A DNA stretch of 64,000 nt from positions 81,401-145,400 of IMG/VR virus record IMGVR_UViG_3300044213_000170. One strand, 5' to 3'. Origin of the DNA: a virus. Made by a program: the position numbers and the translations under genes. Of this stretch, positions 6,380 through 15,347 are shown in pieces. Every line of letters starts with the position of its first letter. Position 1 is the stretch's first letter. Below the pieces are notes generated by a model. The model was not told where the DNA came from. It ran no database searches and saw nothing but the letters and a program-made list of their open reading frames with translations.

Positions 6380-6512
6380 AATGAATGTCAGTTTAGTTTA
6401 TTTATTAAAAAACGTCAAGTTTGAAAATCTATTTCCCATATCAGTAGAAACCATAGGTTTTGTGCAATGCAACATAAATATATTAGTAGAAACACTGATA
6501 TAGGATAAGCAC

Positions 6513-6686
6513 ATGACAAAAATTATTAAAAAAATTAAAATGATTATTTCAAAAAGTCAGTCTCTTCAGTCTGACCTAGAACTTTATATTTCTAAACGTC
6601 GGCCAACTAACCAAGTAGATGTAGAACGTGCAATTACTGACTTTTATCGCCAAGCAGCAAGAGGCGGATATAATGTATTTCGTTGA
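6513..6686 (+). CDS. Small protein, DUF3563-like
   Basis: 57 aa, ...QSDLELYISKRRPTNQVDVERAITDF...; AGGA SD; ATAAATA upstream. Confidence 0.55.
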   Translation: MTKIIKKIKMIISKSQSLQSDLELYISKRRPTNQVDVERAITDFYRQAARGGYNVFR

Positions 6687-6859
6687 AATCTAATGGCATT
6701 TTATTTTTCTATCTTGGAAGATTAATCAGAAAAACAAGGACTATAACCATGAAAAATATTAAAGAATTCATTAATGAACTCGTTTATTTTGTACAGCTTT
6801 TTAAAAATAATTGGAAGCTAAAATTTACTGATATTTTACGGAACGAGTAAAGCATTAAC

Positions 6860-6881
6860 AAAAAGGGGCAATGCCCCTTTT
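6860..6881. terminator. Bidirectional intrinsic terminator
   Basis: aaaaaggggc-aat-gcccctttt between convergent genes. Confidence 0.75.
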
Positions 6882-7632
6882 ATTTTCTTTCTATGTCTTC
6901 TTCTATACAACTATCCCCGTATTGTATCTCTACTATTTTACAGGGCCAATCGTATGGGTTAATCAATTGATGCCAATGACCGACGGGTATATATACGCTC
7001 ATGTGTTGTTCTAGTTCTTTTGAGGGCAATGTATAACCATTATTCATCATGCTGTTTAATAGACATTTGCCCTCACTAACTAACCAAAATTCATTACGCT
7101 TAAAGTGTCGTTGCATACTTAGACTGCTGTACGGGTCAATAGTCAATTCCTTTACTTTACATCCATCTACTTCGTGTAATACACGATAGTATCCCCATTG
7201 ACGTTCTGTTTTTGGTGCTTTCCATTCTTGCAATATCCAGCTACTACTATTGGCTTTATTTTCGCCGCCGACGCCGAACATGAAAAGCACACCTTTACAA
7301 ATCATCTCAGGGATATTCAGTGCGGTTCGATCTCCCCCATTTGCAAAAATAATTTCATCGTTAGGATATTGGGTTTGCATTGCCCGAATAAACTCACAAG
7401 CACTGCCGTCGGCATCATCAAAGCCATATGCCGCATCAACTACGTCGATCGAACTAACGATTAGTTGTCGTTCATACAGTGGCATAAAGCTGCGGCCTTT
7501 CTTACGCTCAAGCCACTGATCGCTATTAACGCCTACTATAAGTTTATCACCAAGTGCTTTTGCCGCTTTAAAGTAAGCAATATGTCCGCTGTGTAGCGGA
7601 TCGAATCCGCCTGTTGTAAGTACTATTTTCAT
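6880..7632 (-). CDS. Cytidylyltransferase (HxGH) fused to a type II mannose-6-phosphate-isomerase-like cupin
   Basis: GGFDPLHSGH; FANGGDR; RQWGYY...SLSMQRHFKRNEFW...IVEIQYG. Confidence 0.88.
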   Translation of the reverse strand: MKIVLTTGGFDPLHSGHIAYFKAAKALGDKLIVGVNSDQWLERKKGRSFMPLYERQLIVSSIDVVDAAYGFDDADGSACEFIRAMQTQYPNDEIIFANGGDRTALNIPEMICKGVLFMFGVGGENKANSSSWILQEWKAPKTERQWGYYRVLHEVDGCKVKELTIDPYSSLSMQRHFKRNEFWLVSEGKCLLNSMMNNGYTLPSKELEQHMSVYIPVGHWHQLINPYDWPCKIVEIQYGDSCIEEDIERK

Positions 7633-7636
7633 AATT

Positions 7637-8089
7637 TTACAGTGTAATATCTTCCATCCCAGCAGTTCTTAGTCTGCTGATGTGACCTAGCATAAAGTTT
7701 TTACTTTCTATGCCTTTCATTAGTCCCAACCATTTATTGCGTACCAGTGCAACTTCATTTATAAGAGTTTCATAATCGATTACTTCATCCTCACCGTCGA
7801 CATACTTTTCAGCATCTCGACTGGTCAATGCTCGATTATAGTTTTCAAGATATTTTTGAAAATGTTTTTTACGAATTTTCTTAAGTTGAATATTCAAATA
7901 ATTCAATACTGCTTCAATTTCTTGCAATTGATTAAACCGATGCTCAGTTATACCAGGAAGATCCGAAATACTTCTTTCTAATCGCCCTCGCACACCACAA
8001 TCGAGTTTAGCTTCCTGTAGTTCATTTTCGTAATAATTAATGAACTCAGGAAGATTACCGATGTCTTGAACTATTTTATGATACCACAT
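7637..8089 (-). CDS. uvsY: UvsY-like recombination mediator
   Basis: Helical 150 aa with LTSRDAEKYVDGE and a C-terminal RLRTAGMED; close to UvsX. Confidence 0.8.
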   Translation of the reverse strand: MWYHKIVQDIGNLPEFINYYENELQEAKLDCGVRGRLERSISDLPGITEHRFNQLQEIEAVLNYLNIQLKKIRKKHFQKYLENYNRALTSRDAEKYVDGEDEVIDYETLINEVALVRNKWLGLMKGIESKNFMLGHISRLRTAGMEDITL

Positions 8090-8325
8090 TAGTCTTCGTA
8101 GTCGTAATTTTCATCATCAGCATCGTCGTCGAAATTACCAGCATATTCGTCATAACTACGTTTAGTATATGTATCGATTGATGCAAACTCTTTTAACGAG
8201 TTGTCATCTAGCATATCAACTAACATACTCATGATAGTATCACTGGCTTCTTGCCGATCTTTTGCAGGAATATATTGTTTAAGGGTAGAATATACTTCGC
8301 CCAATACATCAACTTCTATAGTCAT
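8089..8325 (-). CDS. Hypothetical acidic protein
   Basis: ORF overlapping both neighbours. Confidence 0.75.
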   Translation of the reverse strand: MTIEVDVLGEVYSTLKQYIPAKDRQEASDTIMSMLVDMLDDNSLKEFASIDTYTKRSYDEYAGNFDDDADDENYDYED

Positions 8326-9395
8326 TGTTCTTCCTCTTGGGGTTCTTCGGCAGTCACGGTCGATTGTCGATGGGGATTTTTGCTGAAATCTTCCATAACC
8401 TGATCCAATGTGCCATCTTCATTTCGTTCCCATGCTTTTCGGAATTGTTTGATAATGGTACCGTCTGCTAATGTATATTTAAGACTATTGCCTTCTTTCT
8501 GCAATAAACCTTTAGATTCGATCATATCAACTAATCCGCTGTAGGGGTTCATTCCGGTTTCATAAGGGATTTTAATTTGGACTGATTCAAAAGGTTTCGC
8601 ATATCGTGTTTTCATAATCTTACAAGCGGCACGAATACCTTTAACTTCGCTGACTTTGTTGCCATCTTCATCCTCTTTGAGTTTAAGTTTACGCATTGCA
8701 ACAACGATAGAGCTTGCATAGATAAAGCCCTGACCACCTGAAATCTTGTCATCAGGATCAAACATATCCTGTGATGCGTAGGTGTGGTTAGTTGCAACGA
8801 GTCCGATATTCAAATCACCGATCATATTCACACAGTTACGAACAAGAGCAGTCAGTGCCTTTGGCTTACGTCCCATGTCACCCTTCATATCACCGGCTTC
8901 GAACTGATTAACGTCTGTTGGTGTCAACATCATACCCAATGAGTCAAGTACAAACATAACCTTTGGGCGACTATCTTCTGGCAGTGCCTTATACTCTTTA
9001 ACAAAGTCACTGATCAACTTAGCAACGTCGTCAATCATCGCTACGTTAAGTTTAAGAAGTTTATCTTCGGAAGTATCTACTCCCAAAGCATGTAACCAGG
9101 CCTCGTCTAATGCATTTTCTGTATCGACGAGAATAACATAAATTCCCTGTTCTTGTGCATTCTTGACTAAGTTTCCACTACAGATAAATGATTTACCTGC
9201 GCCCGATTCACCCGCAAATACTGTTACTTTACCTAACGGTACTCCTTTATTAAAATCGCCGCTGATAAGATAGTTTAGTGCATAATTATTTGTAGAGATC
9301 CAAGTGTCTGGATCGCGGAATCCGATACTGATTCCATCGATGCTTTTTGTAATATTTTTTCTAAATTTACTTACATCAAAAGGTTTAGTTGCCAT
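8322..9395 (-). CDS. uvsX: UvsX/RecA-like recombinase
   Basis: Walker A GESGAGKS; DTENALD; LDSLG; SGGQG. Confidence 0.95.
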   Translation of the reverse strand: MATKPFDVSKFRKNITKSIDGISIGFRDPDTWISTNNYALNYLISGDFNKGVPLGKVTVFAGESGAGKSFICSGNLVKNAQEQGIYVILVDTENALDEAWLHALGVDTSEDKLLKLNVAMIDDVAKLISDFVKEYKALPEDSRPKVMFVLDSLGMMLTPTDVNQFEAGDMKGDMGRKPKALTALVRNCVNMIGDLNIGLVATNHTYASQDMFDPDDKISGGQGFIYASSIVVAMRKLKLKEDEDGNKVSEVKGIRAACKIMKTRYAKPFESVQIKIPYETGMNPYSGLVDMIESKGLLQKEGNSLKYTLADGTIIKQFRKAWERNEDGTLDQVMEDFSKNPHRQSTVTAEEPQEEEQ

Positions 9396-9545
9396 GATTA
9401 GTTTCCTTAGTTAATTTTTAATATGTAGAGACAAATAGTTGTCTGTATTCCTATATAGCATTTTACGATATTCAAACAATTTAGTCGATAATCCCCGGAA
9501 TTTTCGAAAACTAATTGCAATTTCATGTTACATTTACAATAGAAA

Positions 9546-9568
9546 TGTAGGGGACCGTCTCCCCTACA
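9546..9568 (-). terminator. Hairpin downstream of the SSB gene
   Basis: tgtagggga-ccgtc-tcccctaca. Confidence 0.55.
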
Positions 9569-9590
9569 AGACACAAGCTAACAATAATAA

Positions 9591-10598
9591 TTATTGTTTC
9601 TGACGGTTACGAATTTGTGCTAAGATGTCCATGGCATTTTTACTGCCGCTGGCTGCAGGGGCAGTTACTGCCGGTGCAGAATCTTCTGTATCAAACGGAG
9701 GATTTTCTTCTACTGCTGCTGTAGGTAGTGGAGGTGTGGATTTAGTTACTACAGGAGTCGATGCTGGAGCCGCACCTGCATCACCACGCATATTATTCAA
9801 CTCGGTATTCATCATACCTGAAGGTTTGTAGTATGCACCCCAACGTTCCATATCGTATGGCTCACCATCTACAGATGCTTCGAACATCTCTTTGATGATC
9901 TTCAATTCGACTTCACTTGGTTTCTTAGGCAAAAAGTCTGCCAAGTTATACAAACCAAATCGCTCAATGGCTTGAAGTTCATCAGTAGTCAATGCATTTT
10001 CGCGACGTGCCCAAGTACTAGTACTATAGTCGGCGTATCCACCTTTCGAAGTTTTCTTGATGTTGAAATCAAGTCCTGCTTCGTAATCAGTTGGCATATT
10101 TTCTAACTCTGGATCCATCAATGCATTTTTAACCAAGTTAAAAATCTGTGGACTAATAACAAAACGACGAATTGGATTCTCTGGGGTTTTGTCGTCACTT
10201 AGCGGGTTCTCACGAACGAAGCCTTGGAACAAGTAGCTTTTCTTTTTCCAATATTTACGACCCATTTCCTCGAGTGCAGGATCTTTAAACCAAGTACGCA
10301 CTTCTGCCAGAACGGGACAAGATTCTTGCCACATTTCAACGCATGGTACTTGTACAAAAGTTGGTTTACTATCCGGTTGACCTTTGATGCCAGCGAATGG
10401 CAATTTGATCATTAATCGCTCGACCCAGAAAAAACTATTTTTATCATTTGCGTCAGGGAGGAAACGTACACGAGCGGTAGTTCCTTCTGCGATATTCCAA
10501 TGGGCGTAAATGCCATTGTCACCGCCTTGAGATCCTTGTGGACCTTTGTTTTCTTGTGCTGCCAATTTGGCGCGAATTTCTGCTAAAGATGTGGCCAT
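9591..10598 (-). CDS. Single-stranded DNA-binding protein (T4 gp32-like)
   Basis: RVRFLPD; CVEMW..CPV; DYEAGLDFNIKK; YADYSTS. Confidence 0.9.
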   Translation of the reverse strand: MATSLAEIRAKLAAQENKGPQGSQGGDNGIYAHWNIAEGTTARVRFLPDANDKNSFFWVERLMIKLPFAGIKGQPDSKPTFVQVPCVEMWQESCPVLAEVRTWFKDPALEEMGRKYWKKKSYLFQGFVRENPLSDDKTPENPIRRFVISPQIFNLVKNALMDPELENMPTDYEAGLDFNIKKTSKGGYADYSTSTWARRENALTTDELQAIERFGLYNLADFLPKKPSEVELKIIKEMFEASVDGEPYDMERWGAYYKPSGMMNTELNNMRGDAGAAPASTPVVTKSTPPLPTAAVEENPPFDTEDSAPAVTAPAASGSKNAMDILAQIRNRQKQ

Positions 10599-10753
10599 AA
10601 TATTTCTCCTTAAAAAATGCCATAATGTTTTGTGCCTAGATATAAACTTGCACCGTGCAAGTATATAACAATAATATTTAGCCTGTCAAGACAAAAAGTA
10701 AATTTTTCTTCCGGCACAGATTTAGTATAGCTGTGCTTTCGGTTAAAATCAAA

Positions 10754-12136
10754 TTATTTGGTTAAACCTGCCAAACGTTTAAGTATGCTGAATGATTCTT
10801 CGCTTTCGTGCACTGCTGCACTCATTCTGCTCAAATCCCTATCGTTGGTGCTGGCGCCGTAATTGCTTCTGGGATCCTGGACTGTCATTTTAGGAATTTC
10901 CATTTGAGCAGATAATATTACATTTTCTGCACGATCCACTTCTTCTTTACTCTCGAAATAATATACACCATCTTCAACTCGATATTCGAATCCCCATTCA
11001 TCCAATAGTTCATTTAATTTTTCATCAACGGTATCATCTGTTTCAAATTCAGGATGTTGTGTTGTATAGGGTTCAGGATTGTCTATTTTACTCAATGGGC
11101 TACTATTTTCTTCGAGGCTGTTGGCCCAAGCTTCGAATTCTTCGCCTACTTTGTCGCTATGTGATTTGTATGCGCGATGCACGATAGGCAATGCATCCAA
11201 TAACCGATCATCAAATACACGTTTGACAAATCGTTCTTTTAATGCATCCATATCAAATTCTTCTTCATCTAATACTTCAGGGGTCCACAATGCACGATAT
11301 TGTTCATATCCTCGTTGACCTCTGACTGTAAATAAATCTCTATGTAGTTTACCATAATGATCTATTGCAGCTTCAACCATCACTTGAGTTTCTACATCGT
11401 CAAATTTGCGACCTCGCATATTGCGTACAAAATGCTTTAGCGAATTCATTTCACTAATCAATTTGCTAATATGTTTGCCGAACTCGTCATGAATGGCGCC
11501 ACCGTTTTTAACGTGACGGGCATATGCGCGGGCCCCATTGACTGTGGTGCCTTCGGGTAGTCTAAAACGTTCTCCAAGGGAATTCTCGACGTAGAAACAT
11601 TCGATATTACGACTTCTTGCGCCGGGCTTTGTTTCGTCCACAATGGGTTTGCTATGTCTTGCTATGATTCGAACGTTTTCTAATTTTTGATAACTGCTGC
11701 GACTAGTACCATAAAATTTGTTTTCATTTAAGTTTACATCGTCTGAAGAGACAACCTCTGCATCTTTATTGGCGTGCTTTAAGTCACGCAAATTTAGCCC
11801 GCTTTTTGCAATATCTCTGATATCAAAACTATCAAAACTGTTTTGCATCGAGAAACGGCGTAGACCACGTAAAAACTGGTACCAATTGTTTTTAACTTCT
11901 TCGGGCATTTCTGCGTCGATTTCTTTGTCAAAATAAACTTTTAAAGTTTGATTGTCGACCATGCTAATGGTTATGTTTCCGTAATTTTTCCCGTTATCCA
12001 CATAGTCGAAGTTAAAGAATCTTGCCTTTGTAGGATCTACAGTACTTTTGGCATTTTCGTCGCCGATGTTGATATTCGAAAATCTATTGCGAATTTTATC
12101 AAATAAGTTTTCGGCCGTTTTTTCAATTGCTATCAT
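10754..12136 (-). CDS. Hypothetical late protein (probably virion/head associated)
   Basis: 460 aa; TATAAATA 7 nt upstream; acidic C-terminus ending LKRLAGLTK. Confidence 0.75.
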   Translation of the reverse strand: MIAIEKTAENLFDKIRNRFSNINIGDENAKSTVDPTKARFFNFDYVDNGKNYGNITISMVDNQTLKVYFDKEIDAEMPEEVKNNWYQFLRGLRRFSMQNSFDSFDIRDIAKSGLNLRDLKHANKDAEVVSSDDVNLNENKFYGTSRSSYQKLENVRIIARHSKPIVDETKPGARSRNIECFYVENSLGERFRLPEGTTVNGARAYARHVKNGGAIHDEFGKHISKLISEMNSLKHFVRNMRGRKFDDVETQVMVEAAIDHYGKLHRDLFTVRGQRGYEQYRALWTPEVLDEEEFDMDALKERFVKRVFDDRLLDALPIVHRAYKSHSDKVGEEFEAWANSLEENSSPLSKIDNPEPYTTQHPEFETDDTVDEKLNELLDEWGFEYRVEDGVYYFESKEEVDRAENVILSAQMEIPKMTVQDPRSNYGASTNDRDLSRMSAAVHESEESFSILKRLAGLTK

Positions 12137-12178
12137 AGTATAGTATTTATAAATTTATGCAAATCCATATGCTGCAAA

Positions 12179-13741
12179 TTAAAGCATAATAAATGGCATA
12201 GGGGTTAACAATTCTGATTCGTCTTTTAACTTTTCATCTACATTAGGATCAAAATCACGAATTACGCCGGCCATTCTGACTGCTAATAGCATACTCATGA
12301 CTAGGTCGTCTGTTTCACCGATCTTTGCTGCAAAACTGCTGCCTGCTGCAACAAACGTTTTTAACTCGCTGATCAGTGGTTTGCTGGCTAAATGTAATTT
12401 TTTAGTTTCTATTAGATTCTTAAGTTTGCTGCACGCACTGATTTTTGTTTTATGCGTAGTATTAAATCCTTTTCGATATCTGCGTGTTGCACCAGGTCTC
12501 CCCGGTTCGCTTAAAAAGATACCTTTAATGTTTTCTTCTCCGTATTCGTCAATGGCTATTAAAGCTGCTTCGCCCAATGTATTATTCTCTACACTATAAT
12601 ATACATCCGTTTCTGACCCAGTTTCATCTGAAATATATTTCACAATCTCTGCAAGTATTTTTATTTGTTGTTGTACAGGAGTCTTATTATGTTGCCATTC
12701 TCCTATTTGCAACATTGATGGCATTTCTAATATTTGTATGGCCGACGGATCTCCCCCTGTACCTAAACTCGGGTCAAGTGCTACACAATATAAATGATTT
12801 TTAGATGGTTTTTTATACCAACGCACTTGTCCTTGTTTTAACACTGGATCTATACCGGCCATTTCTGTTAAGAATAAAGGATTGATCAACGTTTCATCAT
12901 AAATGATGAACTCACATTCAATCTCTCGACGGAATCGTTCTTCTCCTAATTGAGATTTCATGCTCGCAGCCCACGCAGTGTCCCTGTCAGGATGTTCTTG
13001 CCATTTACTTCTGTATGCTTTAAATCCATTGACTCCCACTTCAGTTTCATTGCCAAACTCATCTTGCGTTTTATTTGCCTGTCTCCATATTTGTGCAAAT
13101 TGATCTTCGTCGCTGTTAGGAGTAGAAGTAATGATACATTTACCGCCTGTTGCCAATGTAGGGCTAATAGAAGTCCAAAATTCAGATGCTATTGTTGGTC
13201 GCACGAATGCAAACTCGTCACAGTATAATAGTGATATCGACATACCACGACCTGTGTTTTCTGTTGTTGTAGCACTTACTATACGTGACCCGTTGTCGAA
13301 ATCTACACTGCCTTTATTATAACTAGTAACACCTGCTCTTATAAAGTCAGGCACTGCTTCATATGCATATCGAATGCGTTGCATAATTTCTTGCGAACCT
13401 GTATATTTGTGTGCAGCAACCAAAATTGTACTGTCCGCCACAAACATTGCATACCATAACAAATACCCCGCGGCGGTAGTAGATTTACCCGTTTGGCGCG
13501 GCATTAAACTAATAGAATATCTATTTTTATGATATGTTTCGATTAGTCTGGTTTGATACGCATACGGCACATATTTCATCCGGCCACGAGTCGGGTGCTG
13601 TATGTAAAAATAATTATTTAGGAAATAATCGGGCCCAGTGTCAGGATCTGCACATTTTGCAAATTCAATTACCTGCGCTTCGGTAAAACTTTCAATTTGA
13701 TTCGGTTTTTTGATTAGGACCGATTCGAGTGGTTTTGCCAT
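12179..13741 (-). CDS. Terminase large subunit (T4 gp17-like)
   Basis: PRQTGKS; LYCDEFAF; ITSTPN; ALDPSLG; DDLVM; start refined to MAKPLES. Confidence 0.95.
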   Translation of the reverse strand: MAKPLESVLIKKPNQIESFTEAQVIEFAKCADPDTGPDYFLNNYFYIQHPTRGRMKYVPYAYQTRLIETYHKNRYSISLMPRQTGKSTTAAGYLLWYAMFVADSTILVAAHKYTGSQEIMQRIRYAYEAVPDFIRAGVTSYNKGSVDFDNGSRIVSATTTENTGRGMSISLLYCDEFAFVRPTIASEFWTSISPTLATGGKCIITSTPNSDEDQFAQIWRQANKTQDEFGNETEVGVNGFKAYRSKWQEHPDRDTAWAASMKSQLGEERFRREIECEFIIYDETLINPLFLTEMAGIDPVLKQGQVRWYKKPSKNHLYCVALDPSLGTGGDPSAIQILEMPSMLQIGEWQHNKTPVQQQIKILAEIVKYISDETGSETDVYYSVENNTLGEAALIAIDEYGEENIKGIFLSEPGRPGATRRYRKGFNTTHKTKISACSKLKNLIETKKLHLASKPLISELKTFVAAGSSFAAKIGETDDLVMSMLLAVRMAGVIRDFDPNVDEKLKDESELLTPMPFIML

Positions 13742-13806
13742 TGTTTTAAATTCCAGTTTCGTGTATAATAAATATTTATGTAAACCAATCACAGTGAGAT
13801 TTCAAA

Positions 13807-14331
13807 ATTTCTGACGTACTTTTATTAAATAGCGACTTTAATCCTATTAGCATTCTGCCATTAAGTGTTATTAGTTGGCAGCACGCTATCAAATTGCATT
13901 TCTTGGATCGTATTACCATCTTAGAGGAATACGACAATTGGGAAATACGTAGTGAATATTTAACTATGAAAGTCCCAGCAGTGGCGGTAACCAAGGAATA
14001 CTTTAAATATAAAAAATCTGCTAAGTTCAGTAGAGCCAATCTTTTCTTACGAGATCTATACCAATGTCAGTATTGCGGAGATACTTTTGATCCAAAAGAT
14101 CTAACGCTAGACCACGTAAAGCCCAGAAGTCGGGGAGGTCTAACTAATTGGGAAAATTCTGTTACTGCTTGTAAATCTTGTAATTGGAAAAAAGGCGATA
14201 AAGATATAAAGCCATTGCGAGCACCATTCAAGCCCGAACTATTTCATTTAATTAACAAATGGAAACAACGGCCAATTACTGTGCGGCATCCAAGTTGGTA
14301 TGCTTATTTGGGGATAGAGCCGTTTAAATAG
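13807..14331 (+). CDS. HNH endonuclease
   Basis: RDLYQCQYCG...LTLDHVKP...NSVTACKSCN; frame extends upstream to ATT 13807 (ISDVLLLNSDFNPIS). Confidence 0.85.
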   Translation: MSDVLLLNSDFNPISILPLSVISWQHAIKLHFLDRITILEEYDNWEIRSEYLTMKVPAVAVTKEYFKYKKSAKFSRANLFLRDLYQCQYCGDTFDPKDLTLDHVKPRSRGGLTNWENSVTACKSCNWKKGDKDIKPLRAPFKPELFHLINKWKQRPITVRHPSWYAYLGIEPFK

Positions 14332-14533
14332 GCTTTTCCCCGGTAAGATATGGTCTTGCAAACCAGAGTTTAAACCAGGCCTCTGTGCCTGGTTTAATTT
14401 TATGCTCTCGTTGTAATTTGGCTTTTTCTGTTCCAGTATAACTTATGTTATCCGGTTGGCCGATTTTATATTCTTGAATATTTGGGCGATTAGTAATGCC
14501 GGCTAGCAATTTAAGTTGTTGTAAATCATCCAT
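14324..14533 (-). CDS. Hypothetical protein
   Basis: 69 aa; LKLLAGI; IKPGTEAWFKLWF. Confidence 0.75.
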   Translation of the reverse strand: MDDLQQLKLLAGITNRPNIQEYKIGQPDNISYTGTEKAKLQREHKIKPGTEAWFKLWFARPYLTGEKPI

Positions 14534-14919
14534 TATACACCGTATTTGTTCTTTTTCTTTTTAGATACAGGACTGACTTTATTTACATTGCTTAATTCTT
14601 CGCTGCGATTAGAACTTAATCGCTTGACTTTGCCTGCGCCTACCATTTTAGCTGCCGCATTAACAATTTCTAATTCTTCGTCGGTATACGCACTCAATAA
14701 CGGATCTCCCGCGATCGCTCCTGTTGCAGCTGTAGGGAAATCCGGTGCACCGGCCATGGCCAATCCAAAACGATATCCGGCATATGGATTGCCATTTGAT
14801 TTATTTTGACTAATTCCAGGGACGCTCATTGCCCCTTTGATGGCCGCCACTTGTTGACTATCTAACTTTTCAAAATTAGCAGGAATATCTCCTTCAGTTA
14901 AAATTTCCGAAATCTTCAT
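14533..14919 (-). CDS. Putative internal head protein
   Basis: MKISEILTE leader resembling the T4 capsid-targeting sequence. Confidence 0.6.
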   Translation of the reverse strand: MKISEILTEGDIPANFEKLDSQQVAAIKGAMSVPGISQNKSNGNPYAGYRFGLAMAGAPDFPTAATGAIAGDPLLSAYTDEELEIVNAAAKMVGAGKVKRLSSNRSEELSNVNKVSPVSKKKKNKYGV

Positions 14920-15347
14920 TTTTTCTTTCCTTCCGCCAGACCCTGCTGTGCTTGTTCAGCGGATCGAATTCGTTGCAATAAATGTTGCATTGGTGATTCT
15001 AAACTACGAGCACGACGTTCTGCATCAGTTAAATTCTGATCACGGTCTGCGTATTGCCAATTGCTACCACCTAACGATTCATATTCTTTTTTCATATTAT
15101 CGTATTCGGCTTTTAGTTTTGGTAATGATGCAATTAAATTCGAAATTTCTTTTTCTCTAGCTAACGCACGACCTCGGTCATCCCTTGCAGCGACACGTTC
15201 TAATCCACGACTTCGCTTATCAAATTTTGCTTTTGCTGCAGCACGTTGTTCTGCGCTAGGTGCAAATGCAGCGCCCATGCCTGCTTGTGCTTGTTGCATG
15301 CTTGCTTTTTTTCGATAATTGCCCAGGGTGACTTCGTTTATTTTCAT
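14916..15347 (-). CDS. Putative internal head protein
   Basis: MKINE leader; QQGLAEG motif. Confidence 0.6.
   Translation of the reverse strand: MKINEVTLGNYRKKASMQQAQAGMGAAFAPSAEQRAAAKAKFDKRSRGLERVAARDDRGRALAREKEISNLIASLPKLKAEYDNMKKEYESLGGSNWQYADRDQNLTDAERRARSLESPMQHLLQRIRSAEQAQQGLAEGKKK

Noticed and set aside
9407-9526. 39-aa ORF between gp32 and uvsX (MKLQLVFENSGD...)
   Set aside because: Too short to support; it may be a deletion remnant, but this cannot be shown without homologues.
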